This document shows, one piece after another, positions 12,337 through 21,141 of a stretch of 64,000 bases of DNA. The position numbers and the translations under genes are program-made. This DNA is from an uncultured Chloroflexia bacterium (GTDB lineage: Bacteria; Chloroflexota; Chloroflexia; Thermomicrobiales; UBA6265). The stretch covers positions 1 through 64,000 of the forward strand of contig CAVRUC010000012.1 in the NCBI GenBank assembly GCA_963724295.1, read 5' to 3'. The notes under the pieces are model-generated. The model did no database searches and had not been told where the DNA came from. It saw only the letters and a program-made list of their open reading frames with translations. Position 1 is the stretch's first letter; the number at the start of each line of letters is the position of its first letter.

Positions 12337-13260
12337 CTATTCCTGCTGTCCTATACGAGCCCGCACCTCCGCCACGCGCTCCTTCACCGCCGGGGCGATC
12401 TCGTCGATGAACATCCGCAGCCGCGGCGCGGTCGGCACGCCCCAGAGGACGAAGGTCGAGAAGCCGTGGTCGACGGCGAGATGGGTCAGGACGTTCACCC
12501 AGTGGTCGCGCGGTCCGACGATCTGCTGGTCGTCATCGCTGGCGCCCGCCTCGACGAGTGGCGCGACGTCGCCGCCGATGTTGTAGATGCGCCGGATCGC
12601 GGACGGCTCCCGCCCCGCGGCACGGGCCGCTTCATCGATGATGGCGTTCGACTTCGCCGCCTGGGACGGCGGGACGTAGGCCATCGAGGGTACCCAGCCG
12701 TCCGCCAGCTCGCCCGTCAGCCGCAGGGCCCGCGGGCCGAGCACGCCGAGCCAGATGCCGATGTCGTGCGCGGGCAGCGGACCCGGCCGCGCCCCGATCG
12801 CCTGGTAGATCTCGCCGTCGTGGCGCAGCGTCTGGCCGCTCCAGTAGGCGCGGATCAGGGTGGTCGCCTCCCGTAGCGCGGCCAGCGCCTCCTTCGGTTC
12901 CCGCGCCGGACCACCCATGGCCCGGATGGCATCCCAGAACGCGCCGGCGCCGAGACCGAGCTCGAAGCGGCCGCCGCTCAGCTGATCGAGCGTCGCCGCC
13001 TCCTTGGCCAGCATCACCGGCGACCGCAGCGGCAGGTTGGCGACGTCGGGGAAGATGCGAATGCGCTCGGTCTGGCCGAGGAGATAGCCGATCAGCGCCA
13101 TCGCATCGAAGTGCTTCTGCTGGTAGGGATGGTCCTGGATACCGATCAGGTCGTAGCCGAGGTCGTCGAGGATGCGGGCGATCTCGACGGTGCGCTCGGG
13201 GTTGCCGGTCGCGGGATCGAGGAAGAAACCGAATTGCAGATCGTGGCCGTAGTCGGGCAT
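12337..13260 (-). CDS. LLM class flavin/F420-dependent oxidoreductase
   Basis: GIQDHPYQ, LPLRSPVMLAKEAATLDQLSGGRFELGLGAG, LADGWVPS; start MPDYGHDL. Confidence 0.92.
   Translation of the reverse strand: MPDYGHDLQFGFFLDPATGNPERTVEIARILDDLGYDLIGIQDHPYQQKHFDAMALIGYLLGQTERIRIFPDVANLPLRSPVMLAKEAATLDQLSGGRFELGLGAGAFWDAIRAMGGPAREPKEALAALREATTLIRAYWSGQTLRHDGEIYQAIGARPGPLPAHDIGIWLGVLGPRALRLTGELADGWVPSMAYVPPSQAAKSNAIIDEAARAAGREPSAIRRIYNIGGDVAPLVEAGASDDDQQIVGPRDHWVNVLTHLAVDHGFSTFVLWGVPTAPRLRMFIDEIAPAVKERVAEVRARIGQQE
12358..12516. repeat. 159-bp direct repeat, copy 2 (within the LLM gene 3' end)
   Basis: Matches 11142-11300. Confidence 0.95.
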
Positions 13261-13276
13261 GGGGCACCTCTGGTGG

Positions 13277-13320
13277 AGTCGGTAAGTCGGTAAGTCGGTG
13301 AGTCGGTGAGTCGGTAAGGC
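13277..13320. repeat. Short tandem repeat (AGTCGGTA/G) x5
   Basis: Directly visible; same unit at 62181-62210. Confidence 0.85.
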
Positions 13321-13634
13321 GAGCGGTCGAGAAGAGTCGTGAGTCGTGATGCGAAATCTGGATGTCGGGTTCGCGTTGCTTCGGTTAGCCCTCTCCCCGC
13401 TCCCGTCGCGCTTGCCTCTCGTAGCCTTTGCAACCTTTGCATTCTTTGCAACCTTCCATAACCCTCTACCGGCAGCGGGCTCCACACGGCTGGCGATGCG
13501 GGTGGCGAGCACCCGAATTTCCGTATGAGTCGTTCAGCCAGCCAGAAGTGGCAACATACTCACCATCACGAATACAATTATGCACATGCATGTAAAGAGT
13601 GCGACTGGAAGTCGCTGACCGGAGATTGCTGACT

Positions 13635-14178
13635 TTGGCTACGGCATCGACTACTGACGAGAGCGTCACGACGCCCGGGGTGGCGCCGCGAGAAGGGATG
13701 TTCCGCGAGCTGCTGACCATTCATGCGTATCTGCGCCGGGATCTGGAAACGGTCCGCCGCCTGGCTCGTGATGCCCGCGACGGGTCTGTCGCCGCAGACG
13801 ATCCTGGCCGAGATTCGCAACCTGGAGACGAACAGCCCGCTGTGGCGGTTGAAATTCGGCTGCATGCACTACTGCCGCTTCGTGCACACCCATCACACGA
13901 TCGAGGACGCGGCGCTCTTCCCCATGGTGCGCAAGCACGATCCCTCGTTGAACCGGGTGGTCGACCGGCTCGAGGAGGATCATCTCAAAGTCCACCACAT
14001 CACCGAGCGCATCGCCGCCGTGGCGGACAAGATTCCCAATGACGCCTCGGGTGTGAGCCGTTTCCAGCTCGTCGAGGCGCTCACCGAGCTGGAGGAGCAC
14101 CTGCTCGCTCACCTCGCGCTCGAGGAAGAGTCCCTCGGCCCGCTGCTCAGCACCTGGGAGACGTGGCCGCAGGAGTAG
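13635..14178 (+). CDS. Hemerythrin/HHE domain protein (frameshift near 13785)
   Basis: IHAYLRRDL, VHTHHTIED, LEEDH, HLALEE. Confidence 0.8.
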
Positions 14179-14183
14179 GCGGG

Positions 14184-14642
14184 ATGAGCGACGCCGCGCA
14201 ACACCAGGATCGAGAAGCGATCTCCGAGTGTGCTCTCGCCTGGCAGACACTCCGCATGGCCCACGATCGGGTCGCGCAGCGGCTCGGCTCGGAGCTCGCC
14301 GGCGCCTGTGGATTGGCCATCAACGAGTTCGACGTGCTGCTCTTCCTGCGCTCCCACCCGCAGGAGCAGGTGCGGATCGGCGCGCTGCTGGAAGCGGTCC
14401 CCCTCAGTCAACCCGCGCTCAGCCGGTTGGTGGCGCGCCTGGAAGCGCGCGGTCTGCTGGCTCGCCGCGAGGCCGAGGATGACGCCCGCGCGGTCGTCGT
14501 CTGCCTGACCGAAGCCGGGACCGCGCTCATCGACCGCGCCCTGGTCATCCACGCCCGGGTCGTGCACGAGGCGCTGATCGGCAAATTCTCGGAGAAGGAA
14601 CGGGCTGCGCTGCTGCGGACGCTGAGCCAGATAGGGCAGTAG
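14184..14642 (+). CDS. MarR family transcriptional regulator
   Basis: LSQPALSRLVARLEARGLLARR...DARAVVVCLTEAG. Confidence 0.92.
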   Translation: MSDAAQHQDREAISECALAWQTLRMAHDRVAQRLGSELAGACGLAINEFDVLLFLRSHPQEQVRIGALLEAVPLSQPALSRLVARLEARGLLARREAEDDARAVVVCLTEAGTALIDRALVIHARVVHEALIGKFSEKERAALLRTLSQIGQ

Positions 14643-14982
14643 CCGGTCCTAGCTGGGTTCTCGCCCGATGCGAGGGGTGAACCCGCCAGCTTGCCGAAAC
14701 TCAGGCAAGAGTAGCGCTGGGCATCCAATGCAAGAGTCGCATACTGCCTGAAGGACGCACCCGCACCTAGTTGTCTTCAGCGCATTCAACTAATTATGCT
14801 GTCGTTGAATGGAGTGGCGGACTATATGATCTGCCGACTGTCGAGCCACCCAGGTGCGATCAAGCGAGCGGCAATTGACAAAATCGAACAAGCGTTCTAA
14901 TCTGTACCGGGCAAGGAGTTATTTGGGTGGTCAGTTGAGAGCCAACGTGGAGCCCTCTAAGGATCGGCTCCGGAGCACTGCT

Positions 14983-15670
14983 ATGACCGTGAATACCCTA
15001 ACTCTGGCCTTGGGCGAAGTCCCACTCGACCTCTTTCGGACACCGTTCGACATTTTCAGCACCTAGTCGAATGCTGCGAAGGAGATGGGTGAGGGCGTAG
15101 CCATTAGTTGGACTGTCGAAGGGTTTTGGTCCGGTCGCGCCTTCACGATCCACGAGGCTGCCGATCCGAGTGGGGAACGAGTCGGCCGAGCCTATCATCG
15201 GCTATCCCTGGAGGAGGAAGCCTATCCCCTGGGCGTGGTCGCTCGTGCGGCTGAAAACATCATAAGGTCCTCAACGGCAAAATAGTTCGACCCAATTTAA
15301 GCTGGCAGTGAGGTGCAACGTGACTGCCGGCACCTCGGCGATCAAGGCGCCGATTGGTGCATCTGGCTCAATGGGGGTCGAATTGAGACGGTCACATCGA
15401 ACCTGGTGGTTTCACAGTCCAGGACTTTGAAACTACGGCCATTCGTTGTCATCCGGCCTCTGATAGGATGATACGGTTCCCGAAGCTTGGGTCGCCGCGC
15501 CATTGTGCGAGGCTGGGTGAGGCGTGACCCGATGAGTGGCGGTAGCGATAAATCCCGTGCATTCCATTGAGATCGTGCCAGAAGTCGAGCGCGGATCTAT
15601 TGTCGCGCGAGGGTTGGCACCCACTGGCCCTACGTGCCACTCCGCGCGGTTGCGATCAGGCGTCTGCGTG
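14983..15670 (+). pseudogene. Decayed hypothetical gene upstream of a PIN gene (putative partner)
   Basis: Collinear fragments MTVNTLTLAL, GVAISWTVEG and IEIVPEVERGS broken by stops and frameshifts; lower GC than flanks. Confidence 0.35.
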
Positions 15671-15686
15671 AGCCTGCGAGTCCGCA

Positions 15687-16150
15687 ATGGCCTACTGGGA
15701 CTCCAGCGTTTCGCGAATTACATTGAAGTTTCCCCAAAGTTGATGTCAATCCTGGATGCGTTAATTGATGAGGCGAGTAAGACGGGCAATTTAGTCATTG
15801 TGACATCGACCTTCTCGATTGTGGAAGTCGCGTATAAGGGGGAAAAGACGGGCAGAGACTCGATCCTGCCGTTGTTGCCGGTATGGATGCTTTATGGGGC
15901 GACCGTTCGGCGGTACAACTCGTCGAGTTCGATCAGGTGATTGCCCGCGATGCTCGGGGACTACTTCGCAGATCCGTCGAAATTGGCAGGAAGTTGACAC
16001 CGCCTGATGCCATTCACCTTGCTACGGCTGCGATCATGAAAGTATCCGAGTGCTAGACTACGATGAACAGATGAAGAAGTGTAACGATCTCGGATTTCAG
16101 CCGGGACCTTTAACGAAGTCGCCCACACTCGGGATCAAGTACTGTCGTTA
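15687..16150 (+). pseudogene. PIN-domain (VapC-like) toxin, disrupted
   Basis: MAYWDSSV, IVTSTFSIVEV, LTPPDAIHLATA; frameshifts and a TAG near 16055. Confidence 0.7.
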
Positions 16151-16384
16151 AGCTAATGATCCAAATCAATCAACCTCCCCAGGTGCTTGATCGCTCAGCG
16201 TCGTTTGCGGTGCATATTCAGTGGACCAAGGGAGCATCCCCGCTTCCTCCTACCTAGTGGCACAACTCGGCTTGACATGACTTGGTGGCTCCGCGATATG
16301 GCAGTAGTGATAGCGGCGCTTGGTGCAATGTGGGCGCCCCCAGCGATTCCATGCCGTCAGTTTCGTCCTGTGACAACCTGACCA

Positions 16385-16413
16385 TTGACATCGCTTAACC
16401 CCCCACATATCGT
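16385..16413 (+). promoter_or_regulatory. Sigma-70-type promoter TTGACA-N17-TATCGT
   Basis: Perfect -35, 17-bp spacer, directly upstream of the riboswitch. Confidence 0.65.
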
Positions 16414-16447
16414 ATGCCTCTCGGTGGTTCTCCCCTAGCAGTAGGGG
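16400..16447. promoter_or_regulatory. Candidate tandem NrdR boxes (16400-16415 and 16432-16447)
   Basis: cccCCACATATCGTat and cccCTAgcagTAGggg resemble acaCwAtATaTwGtg; starts 32 bp apart; upstream of nrdAB. Confidence 0.5.
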
Positions 16448-16632
16448 TGAGTCAACAGGGAACCCGGTGCGAATCCGGGGCTGCCCCGCAGCGGTGAGTG
16501 GGAACGACCGCCGTCAGAAGCACTGGTTCGGGAGGAACATGCCCGGGCTGGGAAGCGACGGCTACTAGGAGCTCCGGTCACGCTACGCAACGGTTGATCG
16601 GTCTGCCCATAAGCCCGAAGACCTGCCGCCGA
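16420..16632 (+). ncRNA. Cobalamin riboswitch
   Basis: AACAGGGAACCCGGTGCGAATCCGGGGCTGCCCCGCAGCGGTGA...GCACTG...CTGGGAAG...AAGCCCGAAGACCTGCC (B12 box); upstream of B12-independent enzymes. Confidence 0.93.
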
Positions 16633-16960
16633 GCCACGCCCTTGCACTTGCAGCAAGAGCATTGGCGTGGATGTGACCCGGGCCTCCGCGGGAGGGGCCA
16701 GCGGGCGAGTGCGCCGCATCCTCGAGGACGTCGTGAGCGGGAGACCGGCTCACGCGGTGGCGGCGACTCTCCTCACTCATCCTCTCGCTCGGTCCCTGGT
16801 GAAATCGTCGTCCGCGGGGATGGCGGTTGGTTCAGTCGTGGCTCCCGGCTCGCTTCCTGGCGCGGCCGGCGTCCCCGGCGTCCCTCCGGCATCTCCGTCC
16901 GAACCCGCGAGATACCCGGCGTGGCCGTGCCCCGGCGGTCCACTGGAGCGGAGAGGCGAG

Positions 16961-19915
16961 ATGGTCCTGGAACAGGAACGAGTGCAGGTAGTCGAACAGC
17001 TGGATCCGCAGCACGTGCAAGGAGCCGGTAGTGCCGGCGATGACGTCCTTGCGGATGAGGCGGGTCGATTCACCGGGAGACTGGTCCGCAAGCGGGATGG
17101 GCGCGTGGCGCCCTTCGACCGCTCGCGGATCGCCCACGCGGTCGAGATGGCGGTCCGCGCCGAGCTGGGGATCCCCTTCCCCGATCCGATCGCCGCGGTG
17201 ACCGCCGCCCAGGTCGATGCCATCGTCACCACGGTCCTCGCCGCGTTGCCGGTGGTCGATGAGGGGGAGGTGGTCGCTACCGTCGAAGCGATCCAGGACG
17301 AGGTGGAGCGGGCGCTGATGGCGGCGGGAGCCTTCGCCGTCGCCCGTCGCTACATCCTCTACCGCGAGGCGCGCGCCCGGCGTCGCGAGGAGCAGGCGCT
17401 GCGGCTGCGCGACGCCGACGGCCAGGAGGTGCTGCTCAACCTGGCGCTGCTGCGCTCGTGGATCGCCGAGGCCTGCGCCGGCTACGAGGACCGTGTCTCG
17501 GCCAAGGCGATCGCCGAAGAGGTGCTGGCCGGTCTCCCCGCCGGCGCGCCGCTGGCCGATCTGGAACGCTCGATCGTGCTGGCCGCGCGGACGCGCATCG
17601 AGCGCGACCCGGCCTACTCGTTCGTCGCGGCGCGCGCGCTGCTGCGCGGTCTCTACGCCGAGGCGCTGGGGCGGCGGGTCGGCATCGACGAGACCCGCGC
17701 CGCCTATCCCCTGGCCTTCGTCGAGTACGTCCGGCGCGGGGTAGAGCTGGAGCTGCTGGCCCCCGAGATGCTCGACTTCGATCTGGAGCGGCTGGGTGCG
17801 GCCCTCGCCCCGGAGCGGGATCTCGCCTTCCAGTACCTCGGTCTGCAAACCCTCTACGACCGCTATCTGATCCACCACGCTGGGCGGCGTCTGGAGCTGC
17901 CGCAGATGCTCTGGATGCGGGTGGCCATGGGGCTGGCGCTGCAAGAACACGAGGAAGCGCGCGAGGAGCGCGCCATCGCCTTCTACGATCTCATCTCGTC
18001 GTTCCGCTTCTGCCCCTCGACGCCCACACTCTTCAACGCCGGCACCCGCTACCCGCAGCTCTCCTCGTGCTACCTCTCGACCGTCAGCGACGACCTCGGG
18101 GAGATCTTCAAGACGGTGCGCGACAACGCCCTCCTCTCCAAGTGGAGCGGCGGCATCGGCAACGACTGGACCCCGGTGCGCGCCCTCGGCAGCCACATCA
18201 AGGGCACCAACGGCGCCAGCCAGGGGGTCGTCCCTTTCCTCAAGGTCGCCAATGACACCGCCATCGCGGTCAATCAGGGTGGCAAGCGGAAGGGCGCCGT
18301 CTGCGCCTACCTCGAAGCCTGGCACCTCGACGTCGAGGAGTTCCTCGATCTGCGCAAGAACACCGGCGACGACCGCCGCCGCACCCACGACATGCACACC
18401 GCATTGTGGATTCCGGATCTCTTCATGCAGCGGGTGGAAGCCGACGGCGATTGGACCCTCTTCAGCCCGAGCGACGTCCCCGACCTGCACGATCTCTACG
18501 GCGCCGCTTTCGCCCGCCGCTACGGCGAATACGAAGCCGCGGTCGAGCGGGGAGAGATCGCCAACGCCAGACAGCTGCGCGCGGTCGACCTCTGGCGGGC
18601 GATGCTGACCGCCCTCTTCGAGACCGGGCACCCCTGGCTGACCTTCAAGGACGCGGCCAACGTGCGCAGCCCGCAGGACCACGCCGGGGTCGTCCACAAC
18701 TCGAACCTCTGCACCGAGATCCTGCTCAACACCAGCCGGGACGAGGTCGCCGTCTGCAACCTGGGCTCGGTCAACCTCGCCGCCCACGTCAGCGCCGAGG
18801 GCATCGACCACGACCGCCTGCGGGAGACGGTGCAGGTCGCCATGCGCATGCTCGACAACGTGATCGACCTCAATCACTACCCCATCCCGGAGGCTCGCGC
18901 CTCGAACCTGCGCCACCGGCCGGTCGGTCTCGGTCTGATGGGGTTCCAGGACGCCCTCTGGGAGCTTGGCATCGGCTACGCCTCGGAAGCGGCGGTCGCC
19001 TTCGCCGACAGCAGCATGGAGGCTCTCTCGTACTACGCCATTCTGGCCTCGACCGAACTGGCCAAAGAGCGCGGCGCCTATCCCTCCTACGCCGGTTCGA
19101 AGTGGGACCGCGGTCTGCTTCCTCTTGATACGGTGCCGCTGCTGGCCGAGGAGCGCGGCGAGGCGGTCGACGTCGACCTGGGGTCGACCCTCGATTGGGA
19201 GCCGGTGCGGGCGGCGGTGCGCGCGCACGGGATGCGCAACAGCAACACGATGGCCATCGCCCCCACCGCCACGATCGCCAACATCCAGGGGGTCAGCCAG
19301 TCGATCGAGCCGCTCTACACGAACCTCTTCGTCAAGAGCAATCTCTCGGGCGAGTTCACGGTCGTCAACGAGCGGCTGGTGGGCGACCTGGCCGGGCGCG
19401 GGCTGTGGGACGCCGAGATGCTCGACGATCTCAAATACGACGACGGCTCGGTGCAGGGCATCGCGCGCATCCCCGACGAGATCAAGGAGCGCTACCCGAC
19501 CGCCTTCGAGATCGATGCCACCTGGCTGATCGCCTGCGCCGCTCGCCGCCAGAAATGGATCGACATGGGGCAGTCGCTCAATCTCTACGTCGCCGAGCCG
19601 TCCGGCCGCGTCCTCAGCGATCTCTACCGCTCCGCCTGGCGACAGGGTCTGAAGACGACCTACTACCTCCGCTCTCGCGGCGCGACCCAGAACGAGAAAT
19701 CGACGCTCGACGTCAACCGCCGCGCCATCCAGCCGCGCTGGATGCGCGCCCGCAGCGCCTCGGCTGACGTTGCCATCGTGCGGGACGCTGAGTCGGAGGT
19801 CGGAAGTCGGAAGTCGGACGTAGGGGCGACGCCCGCGTCGCCCGCGTCCTCAACCGCGATGGTGCCCGCAATTGATGAGGACGCCGAAGCGTTTATCTGC
19901 GAGGCGTGTCAGTAG
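16961..19915 (+). CDS. nrdA: Class I ribonucleotide reductase alpha subunit with N-terminal ATP-cone
   Basis: VRKRDGRVAPFD, TPTLFNAG, SSCYL, SNLCTEI, KTTYYLR, C-terminal CEACQ; GAGG RBS before ATG 16961. Confidence 0.97.
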   Translation: MVLEQERVQVVEQLDPQHVQGAGSAGDDVLADEAGRFTGRLVRKRDGRVAPFDRSRIAHAVEMAVRAELGIPFPDPIAAVTAAQVDAIVTTVLAALPVVDEGEVVATVEAIQDEVERALMAAGAFAVARRYILYREARARRREEQALRLRDADGQEVLLNLALLRSWIAEACAGYEDRVSAKAIAEEVLAGLPAGAPLADLERSIVLAARTRIERDPAYSFVAARALLRGLYAEALGRRVGIDETRAAYPLAFVEYVRRGVELELLAPEMLDFDLERLGAALAPERDLAFQYLGLQTLYDRYLIHHAGRRLELPQMLWMRVAMGLALQEHEEAREERAIAFYDLISSFRFCPSTPTLFNAGTRYPQLSSCYLSTVSDDLGEIFKTVRDNALLSKWSGGIGNDWTPVRALGSHIKGTNGASQGVVPFLKVANDTAIAVNQGGKRKGAVCAYLEAWHLDVEEFLDLRKNTGDDRRRTHDMHTALWIPDLFMQRVEADGDWTLFSPSDVPDLHDLYGAAFARRYGEYEAAVERGEIANARQLRAVDLWRAMLTALFETGHPWLTFKDAANVRSPQDHAGVVHNSNLCTEILLNTSRDEVAVCNLGSVNLAAHVSAEGIDHDRLRETVQVAMRMLDNVIDLNHYPIPEARASNLRHRPVGLGLMGFQDALWELGIGYASEAAVAFADSSMEALSYYAILASTELAKERGAYPSYAGSKWDRGLLPLDTVPLLAEERGEAVDVDLGSTLDWEPVRAAVRAHGMRNSNTMAIAPTATIANIQGVSQSIEPLYTNLFVKSNLSGEFTVVNERLVGDLAGRGLWDAEMLDDLKYDDGSVQGIARIPDEIKERYPTAFEIDATWLIACAARRQKWIDMGQSLNLYVAEPSGRVLSDLYRSAWRQGLKTTYYLRSRGATQNEKSTLDVNRRAIQPRWMRARSASADVAIVRDAESEVGSRKSDVGATPASPASSTAMVPAIDEDAEAFICEACQ

Positions 19916-19920
19916 GCGCC

Positions 19921-19968
19921 GACCCTCACCCCTAGCCCCCTCTCCCGTCGGAGACAGGAGAGGGGGAA
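19921..19968. repeat. REP-like palindromic element CCCTCACCCC...CCCCTCTCC...GGAGAGGGG
   Basis: Hairpin between nrdA and nrdB. Confidence 0.6.
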
Positions 19969-19983
19969 CAAGGAGCTAATGCG

Positions 19984-21048
19984 ATGACATCAGGAAACGG
20001 AACTGCTCTTCTCGATCGTGGAGCTGGCACGGGCGCCCGCGGCGACGTCTCGGAAAAGCGTCTCATCAACTGCCACGCGGTCGACGTCAATCAGCTCATG
20101 CCGTTGAAATACGAGTGGGCCTGGGAGCACTACCTCAATGGGTGCGCCAACCACTGGATGCCGACCGAAGTGGCGATGGGCGCCGACATCGCCCTCTGGA
20201 AGAGCGGCAAATTGAGCGCCGACGAGCGCCTGGTGATCATGCGTAACCTCGGCTTCTTCGCCACCGCCGAGAGTCTGGTCGCCAACAACATCACCCTGGC
20301 CCTCTTTCGCCACGTCACCAACGCCGAGTGCCGCCAGTACCTGCTGCGGCAGGCCTTCGAGGAGGCGATCCACACCCACACCTTCCATTACATCGTGGAG
20401 AGCCTGGGGCTGGATGAGCGCGAAGTCTTCGGCATGTACCACGAGATCCCGGCCATCGCCGCCAAAGACGAGCTGGAGATGGCGCTCACCGCGGACGTCC
20501 TGAACCCTGATTTCACGACCGCGACCTTCGCCGGGGCGCAGAAGTTCCTGGAGAACCTGGTCGGCTACTACGTGATCATGGAGGGGATCTTCTTCTACGC
20601 GGGGTTCGCCATGATCCTCTCCTTCCACCGGCAGAACCGGATGAAGGGGATCGGCGAGCAGTTCCAGTACATCCTGCGCGATGAGACGGTCCACCTCAAC
20701 TTCGGCATCGACCTCATCAACGGGGTGAAAGCCGAGAACCCCGAGCTGTGGACAGCCGATTTCCAGGAGCAGCTCGTAGAGAACATCCGGCAGGCGGTGA
20801 CGCTGGAGATCGCCTACGCCGAGGACTGCTTGCCCAACGGCGTGCTCGGGCTCAACGCCGGTCTCTTCCGGGAGTACGTCCAGTTCATCGCCGACCGCCG
20901 CCTGGAGCGCATCGGTCTGCCGCGCCAGTACCGCGCGCGCAACCCCTTCCCCTGGATGAGCGAGACCATCGACCTCGGCAAGGAGAAGAATTTCTTCGAG
21001 AGCCGGGTGACGGAGTACCGCAGTGGCGCAAGCCTGAGCTGGGATTAG
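19984..21048 (+). CDS. nrdB: Ribonucleotide reductase beta subunit with class Ic (Mn/Fe) signature
   Basis: [44 protein letters not shown]. Confidence 0.95.
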   Translation: MTSGNGTALLDRGAGTGARGDVSEKRLINCHAVDVNQLMPLKYEWAWEHYLNGCANHWMPTEVAMGADIALWKSGKLSADERLVIMRNLGFFATAESLVANNITLALFRHVTNAECRQYLLRQAFEEAIHTHTFHYIVESLGLDEREVFGMYHEIPAIAAKDELEMALTADVLNPDFTTATFAGAQKFLENLVGYYVIMEGIFFYAGFAMILSFHRQNRMKGIGEQFQYILRDETVHLNFGIDLINGVKAENPELWTADFQEQLVENIRQAVTLEIAYAEDCLPNGVLGLNAGLFREYVQFIADRRLERIGLPRQYRARNPFPWMSETIDLGKEKNFFESRVTEYRSGASLSWD

Positions 21049-21141
21049 CAACCGCCTTGGCTGTCATCGACGTGCCACAGCGCGCCGGATCATACTCAAC
21101 AGACAGGTTCTGCCGATCGACCGACTGAGGAGACCAGCATC

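Noticed and set aside
13261..13512. N-terminal extension of the LLM ORF
   Set aside because: It is translation of intergenic tandem repeats (THRLTDLPTYRL)
13575..13596. ATGCA-CA-TGCAT dyad as a MarR operator
   Set aside because: Plausible position but only a 5-bp arm and a single occurrence; insufficient support
16667..16960. 98-aa N-terminal extension of NrdA in the ORF track
   Set aside because: Lies in the riboswitch leader and is low-complexity; the RBS and protein-like sequence begin at ATG 16961
16832..19228. 798-aa antisense ORF and similar long shadow ORFs (19990-21051, 60324-62150, 52265-53473)
   Set aside because: Antisense to well-supported genes; expected from high GC3 codon bias; no recognisable motifs
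21049..21141. SAM/SAH riboswitch before metE
   Set aside because: Only 93 nt; the CTGAGGAG is explained as the RBS and no aptamer consensus is evident
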